DNA of 64,000 bases from a candidate division TM6 bacterium GW2011_GWF2_28_16 (GCA_001029715.1 CP011212.1:398936-462935); one strand, 5' to 3'; shown: positions 35,835 to 46,574, counted from the stretch's first letter. Notes: generated by a model from the letters alone, not told the origin. Program-made: numbers and translations.

Positions 35835-36947
35835 GTATTGCTCTGCGACTTTTTCTATTTGATATTTTTTTATAAAGTTTTGTTGGGCATTCTTAGCTAG
35901 TTTTTTTTGTAAATTTTTATCTTTAAGTAATTCAATGATTTTATTTGATAAATCAATGTAATCTTTATTTTTAGCTAATAAAGAATTTTTTTCGTTGCTG
36001 AGGATTTCGTTTCCAGGGGCACGATCAAAGGCAACAATTGGTTTAGCAAAGGCCATGGCTTCAATAATGGTTAAACCAAAACCCTCTAGAGACCAAACTG
36101 AGGGGCAGACAATCAGCTCACTCTCTTCGATAGCTTTTTGTTTATTTTTAACATATTGAAGAAATTTAATTTGTTGATCATTTTTAGCCATCAATTTAAG
36201 TTCTTTTTCAAAATTTCCTTGACCGATAATTAGGAGCTCGGCATCTTTAAATTCTTTTTTGACTAAGGCAAAAGCTTTAATTGCTAAATCTTGTCCTTTA
36301 CCTTTTTCAAGTCTAGAGATAACAGTAATAGTTCGTTTTTTAATTGTTTTTTGTCTTTTTAATGAGGGAATAAAACTTCCACAAGGAATAATAATCATTT
36401 TTTCTTTGGCAAAGACTTTTTTGAGGGCAAATTAAGTGTTATTTGATGGAACAATAATTTTAGAAGCAATATTTTTAGTTAGGAAATAAAGGAATTTTGG
36501 AATTCCTCTGAGTTTTACAAAAAGTGGTTCCAGTGGACCATACTCTATGAAAAAAGTGGGCAAATTAAACAACTTAGATAAAGGTCCGGGAATAATTTTT
36601 TCTGAAAAACCAGAGTAAATAACAACTTGTTTTGAAGATCTTTTTTTAATCTCTGAGAAGACTTTGAAATAATAAATTATGGCAAAAGGGCTTAGTAAAA
36701 TACTTTTTAGTAAACCTCTCCGATTGCTGGCAAAATCTAAATAAAGAGGAGTTTTTTTAACTTGTAGATTTTTTTTGTTAGTTAAGTTTTTTAATAGAAA
36801 GTCATTGCTGGTGTAAAGATATACAAAATTGCCCTTTTTAGCCAATTCAAGCAATAAATCTTTGGCGAATTGTTCTGCTCCGCCGAAATCTTTACTTTGA
36901 AGGAAAAAGTTAATAGTTATTTTTTTCGGTTTGAACGATGATTCCAT
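35814..36947 (-). pseudogene. GT4-family glycosyltransferase interrupted by one in-frame TAA (36432-36434)
   Basis: The two track ORFs (36947..36432 and 36398..35814) are in the same frame. Read-through gives ...IIVPSNNT*FALKKVFAKEKMIIIPCGSF.... The N-terminal half has GGAEQF (GT4 N-domain). The C-terminal half has the EGFGLTIIEAMA (E-x7-E) GT1/GT4 motif. Confidence 0.7.
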
Positions 36948-37164
36948 TTAGATTTTCTGGCAACATATCTGATATTTTTTCAAAAAATGGTCTAAAAATA
37001 GGAATTAAAATATTGACTAAAACTAATAGGACAATGATGTTAAAAAACCAAGCTCCTGCGCTACGAGCCATTCCAGCCAAAAAATTTTTCCTCATAACCA
37101 TCCAATTACTGACATCATAAATAGTGTCGTGTTTTTCTAAGTTGAGTTTATGGTCTTTTGTCAT
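36910..37164 (-). CDS. Small membrane protein (84 aa)
   Basis: Track ORF with a single TM helix, AWFFNIIVLLVLVNILIPIF. It overlaps the annotated 5' end of the glycosyltransferase by 38 nt. Confidence 0.4.
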   Translation of the reverse strand: MTKDHKLNLEKHDTIYDVSNWMVMRKNFLAGMARSAGAWFFNIIVLLVLVNILIPIFRPFFEKISDMLPENLNGIIVQTEKNNY

Positions 37165-37270
37165 TTTTATATTCTAGCTTTTCTTTTTAACTAACTCAAG
37201 CAAAAGAATTTTGTTGATGTTATACTTGACGCATTCAAAATCAAAAAATTTAAAAATAGAAAGGTTTTTA

Positions 37271-39487
37271 ATGTCTTTTAGATCTGGTAAGTGGCAAGAA
37301 GAAATTAACACTAGGGATTTTATTTTAAATAATTTTACTCCCTACGATGGCGATAATTCTTTTCTAAAAGGTCCCACCGAAGCGACCAAAGAACTTTGGC
37401 AAAAATCTAGCGAACTTTTACAAAAAGAGATGAAAAATGGTGGTATTTTAGATATTGATACCAAAACCATCTCTTCAATAACCAGCCATAAACCTGGATA
37501 TTTAGATAAGAAAATTGAAAAGATTGTTGGTTTTCAAACAGACGCTCCACTAAAAAGAGCCATGAAGCCTTATGGAGGTATTAGAGTGGTTGAGGCTGCT
37601 TGTGAAGAAAATGGCTACAAAGTTGATCCGGCAGTTTCTGAAATTTTTAATAAATATCGTAAATCTCATAATGATGGTGTTTTTGATGTTTATACTAAAA
37701 CTATGCGTCAACTACGTTCAACTGGTATTTTGACTGGTTTACCAGACAATTATGCTCGTGGCAGAATTATTGGTGATTATCGTCGTGTGGCTTTATATGG
37801 TATCGATCGTTTAGTTGAGGCCAAAAAAGCAGATAAAGAGACTTTGGATGGCGTAATGACTGATGATTTAATCAGACTCCGTGAAGAAATCAGTGAACAA
37901 ATTAAAGCTTTAGGAGAAATGAAGGAAATGGCTCTTAGCTATGGCTTTGATATTTCTAAACCAGCCAAAAATGCTCAAGAAGCCATTCAATGGACTTGGT
38001 TTGGTTTCTTAGCCGCTCTAAAGGAACAAGATGGTGCAGCCATGAGTTTGGGCAATGTCAGTACTTTTTTTGATGTTTATATCGAAAGAGATCTAAAAAA
38101 TGGCAATTTAACTGAAGTTGAGGCTCAAGAATTAGTTGATCATTTCATCATGAAATGTCGTCTCATTCGTCATTTGCGCATGGATGCTTATAATGAGCTT
38201 TTTGCTGGAGATCCAACCTGGATTACGGAAGCAATTGGTGGCTTTTTCTCTAATGGTCAACACAAAATTACCAAGACTAGTTTTAGATTTTTACAAAGTT
38301 TATATAATATTGGTCCAGCTCCAGAGCCAAACTTAACTATTTTATGGTCAGATAAGCTTCCAAAGGGTTTCAAGAAGTTTGCTGCTCAGGTTTCGATTGA
38401 CACTTCTTCACTGCAATATGAAAATGACAGCCTGATGCGTGAGGCAGGCAATTGTGATGATTATTGTATTGCTTGTTGTGTTTCGATGATGGAAACCGGC
38501 AAAGAAATGCAATTTTTTGGAGCACGCTGCAATTTAGCTAAAGCTTTGCTAATGGCTCTTAATGAGGGTCGTGATGAAATCAGTGGTGAGCTAGTGGTGA
38601 CTGGAATTGAAAAAATGCCAGCTGGCCCAATTAAATATGAAGAATTTATTAAGAGATTTAAGCAAACTGTAGCTTATTTAGCTAAAGCTTACGTTAATAC
38701 CATGGACGTCATTCATTATATGCATGACAAATATTATTATGAAAAAGCTCAAATGGCCTTGATGGATACCGAGGTTAAAAGAAATATGGCTTTTGGTATG
38801 GCAGGATTAAGCGTAGTGGCAGATTCTATTTCAGCGATTAAATTTGCCAAAGTTACACCAATTCGCAATGAAGAAGGTTTGACGACTGGTTTTGAGACAG
38901 AAGGTGAATTCCCAATGTATGGCAATGATGATGATCGCGTTGATACAATCGCTCAGAGCTTGGTTAGCGATTTTAATAAAGAATTGGCTAAGCAACACAT
39001 TTATCGTGATGCAACTCCAACTTTGTCGATTTTAACCATCACTTCTAACGTTGTTTATGGCAAGAAAACTGGTTCTACCCCAGACGGACGTAAAAAAGGT
39101 GAACCTTTTGCTCCAGGAGCGAATCCAATGCATGGTCGTGATCATTCAGGTGCAATTGCCTCACTAAATTCAGTGGCCAAGATTGATTATCATGATGCTA
39201 GAGATGGTGTTTCTAACACTTTTTCAATCGTGCCAAAAACCTTAGGTGAAAATAAGGAAACTCAGGTCAACAATCTTTTGGCAATGCTTGATGGTTACTT
39301 TAACAAAAACGCTCATCACCTAAACGTTAATGTTTTGAATCGTGAAACTTTGGAAGATGCTATGAAGCATCCAGAGAAATATCCACAATTAACCATTCGT
39401 GTTTCTGGATATGCGGTTAACTTTGTCAGACTGAGTGAGGCTCATCAACGAGAAGTCATTGCTAGAACCTTTCATGAAAGCATGTAA
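37271..39487 (+). CDS. pflB: Pyruvate formate-lyase (formate C-acetyltransferase)
   Basis: Colinear with remembered E. coli PflB: [31 protein letters not shown], active-site CCVS, and glycyl-radical motif [14 protein letters not shown] 37271 with an upstream AGAAAGG is preferred. Confidence 0.93.
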   Translation: MSFRSGKWQEEINTRDFILNNFTPYDGDNSFLKGPTEATKELWQKSSELLQKEMKNGGILDIDTKTISSITSHKPGYLDKKIEKIVGFQTDAPLKRAMKPYGGIRVVEAACEENGYKVDPAVSEIFNKYRKSHNDGVFDVYTKTMRQLRSTGILTGLPDNYARGRIIGDYRRVALYGIDRLVEAKKADKETLDGVMTDDLIRLREEISEQIKALGEMKEMALSYGFDISKPAKNAQEAIQWTWFGFLAALKEQDGAAMSLGNVSTFFDVYIERDLKNGNLTEVEAQELVDHFIMKCRLIRHLRMDAYNELFAGDPTWITEAIGGFFSNGQHKITKTSFRFLQSLYNIGPAPEPNLTILWSDKLPKGFKKFAAQVSIDTSSLQYENDSLMREAGNCDDYCIACCVSMMETGKEMQFFGARCNLAKALLMALNEGRDEISGELVVTGIEKMPAGPIKYEEFIKRFKQTVAYLAKAYVNTMDVIHYMHDKYYYEKAQMALMDTEVKRNMAFGMAGLSVVADSISAIKFAKVTPIRNEEGLTTGFETEGEFPMYGNDDDRVDTIAQSLVSDFNKELAKQHIYRDATPTLSILTITSNVVYGKKTGSTPDGRKKGEPFAPGANPMHGRDHSGAIASLNSVAKIDYHDARDGVSNTFSIVPKTLGENKETQVNNLLAMLDGYFNKNAHHLNVNVLNRETLEDAMKHPEKYPQLTIRVSGYAVNFVRLSEAHQREVIARTFHESM

Positions 39488-40220
39488 TCTGAAAATCCAT
39501 TCGATTGAAACCTTTGGGACTCATGATGGTCCAGGTATTCGTTTGGTAATTTTTGCACAGGGCTGTCTTTTTCGCTGTCTTTATTGTCACAACCCAGACA
39601 CACAAGCTTTGGAAACTGATAAAACCAAAACGATTAAAATTAAAGAAATTCTTGAACTTTTAGAAAAGCAAAGAACCTATTTTGGCAAAACTGGTGGCTT
39701 AACGATTTCTGGTGGTGAGCCAACACTACAAGCCACTGGGTTAATTGAACTTTTCAAAGAATGCAAAAAAAGAGCTTTTAATACCTGTCTCGATACTTGT
39801 GGAGCAATTTATAGCCGAGAAGTGCAAGAGCTTTATGATTTAGCTGATTTAGTCATGCTTGATGTTAAACACATTGATGATGGCTGGCACCAAAAATTAA
39901 CTGGGATGAGCAATGCTAATACTCTTAAAAACGCTGCTTATCGAGAAAAAACAGGCAAAGAATTGTGGTTGCGCTATGTTTTGGTGCCCGGTTGGACCGA
40001 TCAAGAAGAACATCTGGAAACATGGGCTAAGTATTTTGCAAATTATAAAACTCTTAAAAGAGTAGAATTAATTCCTTATCATAAATTAGGAGTTTTTAAG
40101 TATGAGGCTTTGGGTCGTAAATATGAACTCGATGGAGTTGAGCCCCCGACAAAAACTGAGATTGCTAAAGCAGCAGAAATTTTTATAAAGTATTTAGGTA
40201 ATAAAGTTGTGGTGGTTTAA
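39474..40220 (+). CDS. pflA: Pyruvate formate-lyase activating enzyme (radical SAM)
   Basis: [14 protein letters not shown], the cluster motif [12 protein letters not shown] (CxxxCxxC) and [13 protein letters not shown] 39474 overlaps the pflB end by 14 nt. Confidence 0.9.
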   Translation: MKACNLKIHSIETFGTHDGPGIRLVIFAQGCLFRCLYCHNPDTQALETDKTKTIKIKEILELLEKQRTYFGKTGGLTISGGEPTLQATGLIELFKECKKRAFNTCLDTCGAIYSREVQELYDLADLVMLDVKHIDDGWHQKLTGMSNANTLKNAAYREKTGKELWLRYVLVPGWTDQEEHLETWAKYFANYKTLKRVELIPYHKLGVFKYEALGRKYELDGVEPPTKTEIAKAAEIFIKYLGNKVVVV

Positions 40221-40247
40221 GTCATCTCAATGAATAGAAAGTAAATT

Positions 40248-42335
40248 ATGAATTTTGAAGCCCTTTTTTATCCAAAGTCGATCGCTATTGTTGGTGCATC
40301 TAGTAGAGAGAAAACAGTTGGTAATGACGTGGTTAAAAACCTTGTTAGACAGGGCTATGAGGGTAAAATTTATCCAATTAATCCGAAAATTAATAGGCTC
40401 TATGATTTGAAGGTTTATGAGAGTATTGAAAAAATTGCAGATAAAATTGATTTATTAGTGGTGGCTATTCCAGCTAAATTTGTGGCCGAAGAAATTCGTA
40501 AGTCTGCCGAAAAAGGCACTAAGGCTGTGATTGTTATTTCAGCTGGCTTCAAAGAAGCTGGCAATCTAGAACTAGAAAAAGAACTGGCTGAAACTTGCAA
40601 TGAGCTTGAAATTACCTTAATCGGCCCAAATTGTTTGGGTGCAATTAATGCTGAGCATAGCATGAATGCTTCTTTCGCTGCCATCATGCCACCAGTCGGA
40701 GATGTAGCTTTCTTCTCTCAAAGTGGTGCTCTATGCACTGCAGTTTTGGATTATGCCAAAGATATGGGCATTGGTTTCTCTAAGTTTGTGAGTATTGGCA
40801 ATAAAGCTGCTTTAGATGAGCTAGATTTAATTAAATATTTGCATGAAGATCCAAAAACCAAAGTCATTTGTCTTTATGCCGAATCTCTTGAAAATGCTCC
40901 AGAATTTATCAAGGTTTTACGTGAACTGAATAGAGGGGAAAATCCTAAACCAATTATTGTGCTTAAATCTGGTAAGACTAGTGCTGGTGCTGGAGCAATT
41001 GCTTCACATACTGGTTCTTTAAGCAGTGGAGATAGTGCTTACGAAGCTCTTTTTGCTCAGGCAGGGATTATTCGTGCCAATAGCATCAGCGAACTTTTTG
41101 ATTTAGCTCAGGTTTTTTCGATGAATGAGCTCCAAAAAGTTAAAAAAGTAACTATCATCACTAATGCTGGCGGTCCAGGTGTTTTGACTACTGATGCAGT
41201 TGTAGAGAGTGGTTTGGAAATGGCTGAATTAGATCCTAAGACAGTTGCTAAATTGCATTCTTTTTTACCTGCTGCTGCTAGCACTCACAATCCAGTTGAT
41301 GTTTTGGGTGATGCAGTAGGAGAGGTCTATGAAAAGACAATTAGTGTTTTAGCTAAAGATCCAGGCACCGATGCCATTATTCTTCTTTTGACACCTCAAT
41401 CAATGACTGAGCCAGTTAAAACTGCTGAAGCAGTGGTAAAAATGCGTAAAACTAGCAAAAAACCAGTGGTAGTGAGTTTAATGGGCCGAGCTTTGGTAGC
41501 TGAAGGGGTAGAAGTTTTAAAAGAAAATAAAATTGCTTCAACTACTTTTCCAGAGCCAGCCGCAACAGCTTTGGCCAAATTTGCTAAATTTAGTGAATGG
41601 AGTAAAGAAAAGAATGAGTTAGCTTTAAGTTATGATGATGTTGATAAAGCTAAGGTGGCTACAATTTTCACGGAGGCCAAGAGTAAGGGGCAAACTTCTT
41701 TTCCAGAAGCAGAGGCAATGGAGATCATGAGGGCTTATAAATTTCCGCTAATGAAATCTGCTGTAGTTAAAAATGCCAAAGAAGCTTTAAGAATGATGCA
41801 AGAATTTAATTGCGAAGTGGCAATGAAAATTGTTTCTCCAGATATTTTGCACAAAAGCGATGTTGGCGGAGTTAGTTTGGGGGTTACTGCAGAGACTGTA
41901 GTTACTGAATATCAAGCAATGATAAAAAGAGTTGCGCAAAATAAACCTGAAGCAAAATTAGAGGGTGTTTTATTATTACAAATGGCAAAAAAAGGCACAG
42001 AGTTAATTTTGGGTATTAATAAAAATTCTTTAGGCACAATGCTAATGTTTGGTTTGGGTGGTATTTATGTAGAGATATTTAAAGATGTGAAATTTGCTTT
42101 TGCTCCGCTAACCAGAGCTGATGCTTTAAGTATGATAAATGGTTTACATTGTAGTAAATTATTAGAAGGAGCCAGAGGCGAAAAGGCAGTTGATAAAGAA
42201 AAAATTATTGAAGCTATTGGTCGCTTGTCTCAATTGGTAAATGATTTTCCAGAAATTGTTGAATTAGACATCAACCCTTTATTGGTTAATGCTGAAGGCA
42301 CTAAAGTTTTAGATGCAAGAGTGGTGATTGAATAA
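40248..42335 (+). CDS. Acetate--CoA ligase (ADP-forming), fused alpha/beta (acetyl-CoA synthetase, ADP-forming)
   Basis: 695 aa. It has a CoA-binding N-terminus (FYPKSIAIVGAS...IYPINPK), a succinyl-CoA-synthetase-like ligase domain with a candidate phosphohistidine at IASHTGSL, and a C-terminal ATP-grasp domain. Confidence 0.85.
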   Translation: MNFEALFYPKSIAIVGASSREKTVGNDVVKNLVRQGYEGKIYPINPKINRLYDLKVYESIEKIADKIDLLVVAIPAKFVAEEIRKSAEKGTKAVIVISAGFKEAGNLELEKELAETCNELEITLIGPNCLGAINAEHSMNASFAAIMPPVGDVAFFSQSGALCTAVLDYAKDMGIGFSKFVSIGNKAALDELDLIKYLHEDPKTKVICLYAESLENAPEFIKVLRELNRGENPKPIIVLKSGKTSAGAGAIASHTGSLSSGDSAYEALFAQAGIIRANSISELFDLAQVFSMNELQKVKKVTIITNAGGPGVLTTDAVVESGLEMAELDPKTVAKLHSFLPAAASTHNPVDVLGDAVGEVYEKTISVLAKDPGTDAIILLLTPQSMTEPVKTAEAVVKMRKTSKKPVVVSLMGRALVAEGVEVLKENKIASTTFPEPAATALAKFAKFSEWSKEKNELALSYDDVDKAKVATIFTEAKSKGQTSFPEAEAMEIMRAYKFPLMKSAVVKNAKEALRMMQEFNCEVAMKIVSPDILHKSDVGGVSLGVTAETVVTEYQAMIKRVAQNKPEAKLEGVLLLQMAKKGTELILGINKNSLGTMLMFGLGGIYVEIFKDVKFAFAPLTRADALSMINGLHCSKLLEGARGEKAVDKEKIIEAIGRLSQLVNDFPEIVELDINPLLVNAEGTKVLDARVVIE

Positions 42336-42368
42336 GCTAAAGCCATCTGGTGTTATAATATTCTTTAA

Positions 42369-43499
42369 ATGAAATCAGCTATTTATGCTTTTTCTGGCGA
42401 TCCAATTACCTTCGGTCATCTTGATGTTATTCAGCGTGCAGCAGCAGTTTTTGATCGCTTGGTGGTAGCGATTGGTCTTAATCCTGCTAAAAAATATCTT
42501 TTTTCTCAAGAAAAACGCACTGAAATGGCGCGTAGATCCCTTTTGACTCTTAAAAATGTAGAAGTGAAATCTTTTCAAGGAATGTTGGTGGATTTTGCTT
42601 ATGAAAATAATATTGATGTGATTGTCAAAGGAGTTAGAAGTGCTCAGGATTTTGAGTATGAGCAAAGCTTACACAGCTTAGGTGAAAGCCAGAAACTTGG
42701 AATAGATACTTTTATTCTTTTTGCTAAACCGTCATTGGCACATATTAGTTCAAGCGCGGTCAAAGAAATTCAGCAAGAACAAGGCTTAATTCAAGATTAT
42801 GTGCCAAGCTATGTTAAACAATGCGTCGAAGCCAAGTTGAGTGAGCAATTCATTGTTGGTCTAACTGGTGAGATTGGAGTTGGGAAATCTTATCTTGGGC
42901 AAAAAATGGTAGCTTTGGCTCAAAAAATGGGTTTAGAAGCACATAACATTGAGTTAGATCATTTGTCTTGGCAAATTCAGTCAGATCTTAAAGAAGAAAA
43001 ATATGAAGTAGTCAGAAAAAAAATTATTGATACTTTTGGTGCAGAAATTGCCAATAATGATGGCAGTATTAACCGTAAGATTTTGGGTGAAATTGTTTTT
43101 GCCAATCAAAAAAAATTAGATAAACTCAATGAAATTATGGAGACTCCAATTTTAGTGCGTTTACGTAGAGAGCTAAAAAATAAGAAAGGTTTAATTTTTC
43201 TTAACGCAGCTTTACTAGTTGAGGCACAAATGAGCCAGCTTTCTAATTACAACACGATTTTGCTCGGTGTGGATGAAAAAACTCAGCAAGAGCGACTTCT
43301 AGAAAGAGGATTAAACAAAGAGCAAATTAAAAGAAGATTAAAAAGTCAGTATGATTTTGCTAATAAGAAAAAGAATTTGCAAAAAGAAATTGAGATGAGC
43401 AAGCAAGGTAAACTTTGGACTTTGAATAAGAAAAATGTTACTGGTGAAGAAATGAAAAAACTATTAAATGAGCTTTTGCTTTATTTTGGCATCAATTAG
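42369..43499 (+). CDS. coaD: Bifunctional phosphopantetheine adenylyltransferase / dephospho-CoA kinase (CoaD-CoaE fusion)
   Basis: Residues 1-160 align to E. coli CoaD (YAFSGDPITFGHLDVIQRA, VKGVRSAQDFEYE, ISSSAVKE). Residues from about 165 carry the CoaE P-loop IVGLTGEIGVGKSY and continue DPCK-like. Confidence 0.85.
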   Translation: MKSAIYAFSGDPITFGHLDVIQRAAAVFDRLVVAIGLNPAKKYLFSQEKRTEMARRSLLTLKNVEVKSFQGMLVDFAYENNIDVIVKGVRSAQDFEYEQSLHSLGESQKLGIDTFILFAKPSLAHISSSAVKEIQQEQGLIQDYVPSYVKQCVEAKLSEQFIVGLTGEIGVGKSYLGQKMVALAQKMGLEAHNIELDHLSWQIQSDLKEEKYEVVRKKIIDTFGAEIANNDGSINRKILGEIVFANQKKLDKLNEIMETPILVRLRRELKNKKGLIFLNAALLVEAQMSQLSNYNTILLGVDEKTQQERLLERGLNKEQIKRRLKSQYDFANKKKNLQKEIEMSKQGKLWTLNKKNVTGEEMKKLLNELLLYFGIN

Positions 43500-44069
43500 A
43501 ACACCTAGCTTGAATCTCACTAAAGAATAAATCGTTACACAGATAAGAAAAATATAAACGGGGAATCCCCAATGAGCAAAAGTCCAAGATTTAATTGTCA
43601 AGAGAGTTATTCCGGCATTAATCATGCCAAAAAGAAAAATTTTGTAGCTTTCTGATTCTGGTTGACGGTAAGATTTAACAACAGTTGGAATAGAAGCAAA
43701 ACCATCAGCCAAAATAGCAAAGAAGATGGCTAAATTCCCTTCACCAGTTAACTGCCAAATAAGAATTGCAAAAAGAGAAATAGAGCCATAGACGTAGTCC
43801 ATTTTATTTAATTTCCAGTATGATTTTTTGTTAACAAAAGAAGCAATGATAATTAAAAGAGGATTAAAGCCAGTCATAAAAGTCATTAATGAAGTTAATC
43901 CAACTCCTTTGTCTATTTCAGCAGCAAAAGCAATCATTGGGGCTAAGGTCCACAAAAACCAACTAACTCGATTAGGCTTAGTTTTGCCTTTGATGGTATC
44001 AATGAGATAAGTAAGACCACCGTAAAAAGATATTAAAGCTCCCAAAATAATAAATTTTTCATCTAGCAT
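43464..44069 (-). CDS. Hypothetical 6-TM membrane protein (201 aa)
   Basis: Hydrophobic track ORF. Its 3' end overlaps the coaD-coaE 3' end by 36 nt. Confidence 0.5.
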   Translation of the reverse strand: MLDEKFIILGALISFYGGLTYLIDTIKGKTKPNRVSWFLWTLAPMIAFAAEIDKGVGLTSLMTFMTGFNPLLIIIASFVNKKSYWKLNKMDYVYGSISLFAILIWQLTGEGNLAIFFAILADGFASIPTVVKSYRQPESESYKIFLFGMINAGITLLTIKSWTFAHWGFPVYIFLICVTIYSLVRFKLGVLIDAKIKQKLI

Positions 44070-44084
44070 GCTTGCATTTTAGCA

Positions 44085-44849
44085 CTAGCTTAGTTCTATA
44101 GAAATGGGGCAGTGGTCTGAACCAAGAATATCTTGATGAATTTCTGCTTTTTTAAGTTTTTTACGTAAATTTGGACTAATAAAGAAATAATCGATTCTCC
44201 AGCCAACGTTGCGTTGTCTAGCTCCAGATCGTTGGCTCCACCAAGAATATTGATCTTTTAGATCAGGATGGAGAGCGCGGAAACTATCTATAAATCCAAT
44301 GCCTAGTAATTTATCTATCCAAGCTCTTTCTTCTTTGAGAAAGCCAGAAATCTGGCTATTTTCCTTTGGTCTAGCTAGATCGATTTCTCGATGAGCAGTG
44401 TTAACATCACCGCAAATGACAATGTTTTTTTCGGTTTTAAGTAATTCCTTTAGATAATCTAGTAAGAAATCATAATAAGCCATTTTGTAGGCGAGGCGCT
44501 CAGAAGAGGCTTTGCCATTGGGAAAATAAATATTGAAGAGAATAAAATTTTCAAATTTAGTAATTAAGGTTCGACCTTCGCGGTCAAATTTTTCATTGTT
44601 GAGACCAATTTTGACTTCGTAGGGTTCTTTTTTACTGTAAGTTATTACTCCACTGTAACCTTTTCTTTCTGCCCAAGCGAAATGACTATGAAAGTTTTCT
44701 AATTCAGTCAATTCAAAACCTAGCTGATCAGGAGAAGCCTTGCTTTCTTGCAAACAAACGATGTCAGCTTGATTGCTTTTCATCCAAGCAAAAAAGCCTT
44801 TTTTAGCAATTGCTCTAATGCCATTCACATTCCAAGAATAAATCTTCAT
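44085..44849 (-). CDS. xth: Exodeoxyribonuclease III
   Basis: MKIYSWNVNGIRA, CLQE, the PNG block (YFPNGK), GDVNTAH, SWWS and the C-terminal SDHCPI. The internal ATG 44849 matches the family N-terminus. Confidence 0.9.
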   Translation of the reverse strand: MKIYSWNVNGIRAIAKKGFFAWMKSNQADIVCLQESKASPDQLGFELTELENFHSHFAWAERKGYSGVITYSKKEPYEVKIGLNNEKFDREGRTLITKFENFILFNIYFPNGKASSERLAYKMAYYDFLLDYLKELLKTEKNIVICGDVNTAHREIDLARPKENSQISGFLKEERAWIDKLLGIGFIDSFRALHPDLKDQYSWWSQRSGARQRNVGWRIDYFFISPNLRKKLKKAEIHQDILGSDHCPISIELS

Positions 44850-44885
44850 AATATCGAAATTATAGCGTATATTTGAGCCTGTGTT

Positions 44886-45755
44886 ATGAATCAATTTGAT
44901 CACTTAGTTTTATTAACTCTTACTTACAGCAGTTGTTTCAACTTTGCTTTAAGTGAGAATGAGGTGGCAAGACGCTTAGTGAAAGGCGAAAAAAAATTGT
45001 TCTTTTCTAGAAATAAAATAAAGGTATCTTTAAAAAAATTGCTAGAGCAATCTTTAATTCAAAGTGATGGCCAATATTTTTATTTAGAAGCAAATAATTT
45101 GTTAAATAGAAAAAGTAAAGCTAAATTTGTAGAAAGTAAAAAAGCTGACGCTAAAGAATTTGTTAAACTAGCTCAAAGGGTTCCTTTTGTCAAAGCAATT
45201 GTTTTGACCGGTTCAACAGCTGTTGGCAATGCAGGCAAGAACGATGATTTAGATTTTATGATTATTTGTCAAAATAATACTTTATGGATTACAAGATTTT
45301 TATTAGTTATTTTAACCAAATTAAAAAACAAAAGACCTGGTATTCAGGAAAGCAGTTCTTGGTGCCTCAATCTTTGGTTAGATGAAAATGATTTGGCGAT
45401 GGGAAAACAGAGAAGAAGTCTTTATGAAGCTTATGAAATTTTACAAATGAAATTTATTTTTGATCGCGGTTCTTACGAGCAACTTTTCCTCAATGCCAAT
45501 CAATGGTTAAAAAAACATCTCTTTTTTTATGATAATTTTAAGTTTGGCAGATATAAAAGAGGAATGTCTTTTTCGCTATTCAATCGATTTATGTTTATAA
45601 TCCAAAAACTTTATCGCCAGATTATTTTTGGTAAAGAAAACTTTTCCCTCAGCCCTACCCAAGCATTTTTTAATGAAATTTCATTTAAGGAAAAGCTGTT
45701 TGGAAGGTTGGAGAAGAAATTAGATGAAATTGGCAAACAAACTATCAGTTTTTGA
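44886..45755 (+). CDS. Hypothetical protein with a wHTH-like N-terminus and a minimal nucleotidyltransferase motif
   Basis: LTGSTAVGNAGKNDDLDFMII fits the Pol-beta-type NTase G-S...D-x-D signature. The rest is unassigned. Confidence 0.5.
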   Translation: MNQFDHLVLLTLTYSSCFNFALSENEVARRLVKGEKKLFFSRNKIKVSLKKLLEQSLIQSDGQYFYLEANNLLNRKSKAKFVESKKADAKEFVKLAQRVPFVKAIVLTGSTAVGNAGKNDDLDFMIICQNNTLWITRFLLVILTKLKNKRPGIQESSSWCLNLWLDENDLAMGKQRRSLYEAYEILQMKFIFDRGSYEQLFLNANQWLKKHLFFYDNFKFGRYKRGMSFSLFNRFMFIIQKLYRQIIFGKENFSLSPTQAFFNEISFKEKLFGRLEKKLDEIGKQTISF

Positions 45756-46560
45756 GAATACTTGTTTAAAAGATAAAAAAAGAAATAGTTATCTCCTTAA
45801 TTTCATTAAATTGACAGTTGAAAGAAGAACAAATGAACTCAGGTTATTGCAATTAAAAAAATTAACTAAAATAGCTCCATTGATAGATTTGGGAAAATTA
45901 ACTGCTGGACTAGTGCATGATATTAGACAGCCATTGTCAGTATTGAGTCTAATTTTGCAAGACGCTAAAAGAAATAAAAACATAATTTCTAACTTGGACC
46001 AGGCCTTTTTAGCAATTGATAAGATTGATGATCTTTCAAAAATGAGTGCCTGCATACTTTTTAACGAATCAGAACTTGAAGTTTTCAATTTAAACTTAGA
46101 AATTAATAAGCTAATCAGTTTATTTGAATACAAATCTAGAACGAAAAAAGTAAAGATTATTTTCAAGCCCAGTAGAGATTATGAGCTTTATGCAGATAGA
46201 AAAAAATTAAATCAAGTTTTGGCTAATTTAATTTTAAATGCATTGGAATCTTATGAAAATTTAGAAAAAAGTGATAAAGACATATTTATTAAATTAATTA
46301 GAAAACCAAGAAATTTACTTATTAAAATTAAAGACTATGGCGTTGGAATAAAAAAAGAAAATTTATCTTTAATATTTGAGCCAAATTTTTCTTCTAAAAT
46401 TAAAGAAGAGGCACTTGGTTTTGGGCTTTATGTTGGTCAAGAAGCAATGGCAAAAGGATATGGCACAAAGATTAAAGTTGAGAGTAAAGATAAATTTGGC
46501 TCAACTTTCACCTTGTTTATTAAAAGTAAATTTGTCTTAGATGAAAATAAAGCTAAGTAA
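45724..46560 (+). CDS. Cytoplasmic sensor histidine kinase (no TM segments)
   Basis: H-box LTAGLVHDIRQPLSVL, N-box LANLILNALES, G1 IKDYGVGI, G2 GFGLYV. Confidence 0.8.
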   Translation: MKLANKLSVFENTCLKDKKRNSYLLNFIKLTVERRTNELRLLQLKKLTKIAPLIDLGKLTAGLVHDIRQPLSVLSLILQDAKRNKNIISNLDQAFLAIDKIDDLSKMSACILFNESELEVFNLNLEINKLISLFEYKSRTKKVKIIFKPSRDYELYADRKKLNQVLANLILNALESYENLEKSDKDIFIKLIRKPRNLLIKIKDYGVGIKKENLSLIFEPNFSSKIKEEALGFGLYVGQEAMAKGYGTKIKVESKDKFGSTFTLFIKSKFVLDENKAK

Positions 46561-46574
46561 AATATTTTTATAAA

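Noticed and set aside
37215-37250. FNR/CRP-type box upstream of pflB (TTGACGCATTCAAA)
   Set aside because: The half-sites TTGA and TCAA are separated by 5 nt rather than the 6 nt of the TTGAT-N4-ATCAA consensus, and the match is otherwise weak. This is not enough to call a site.
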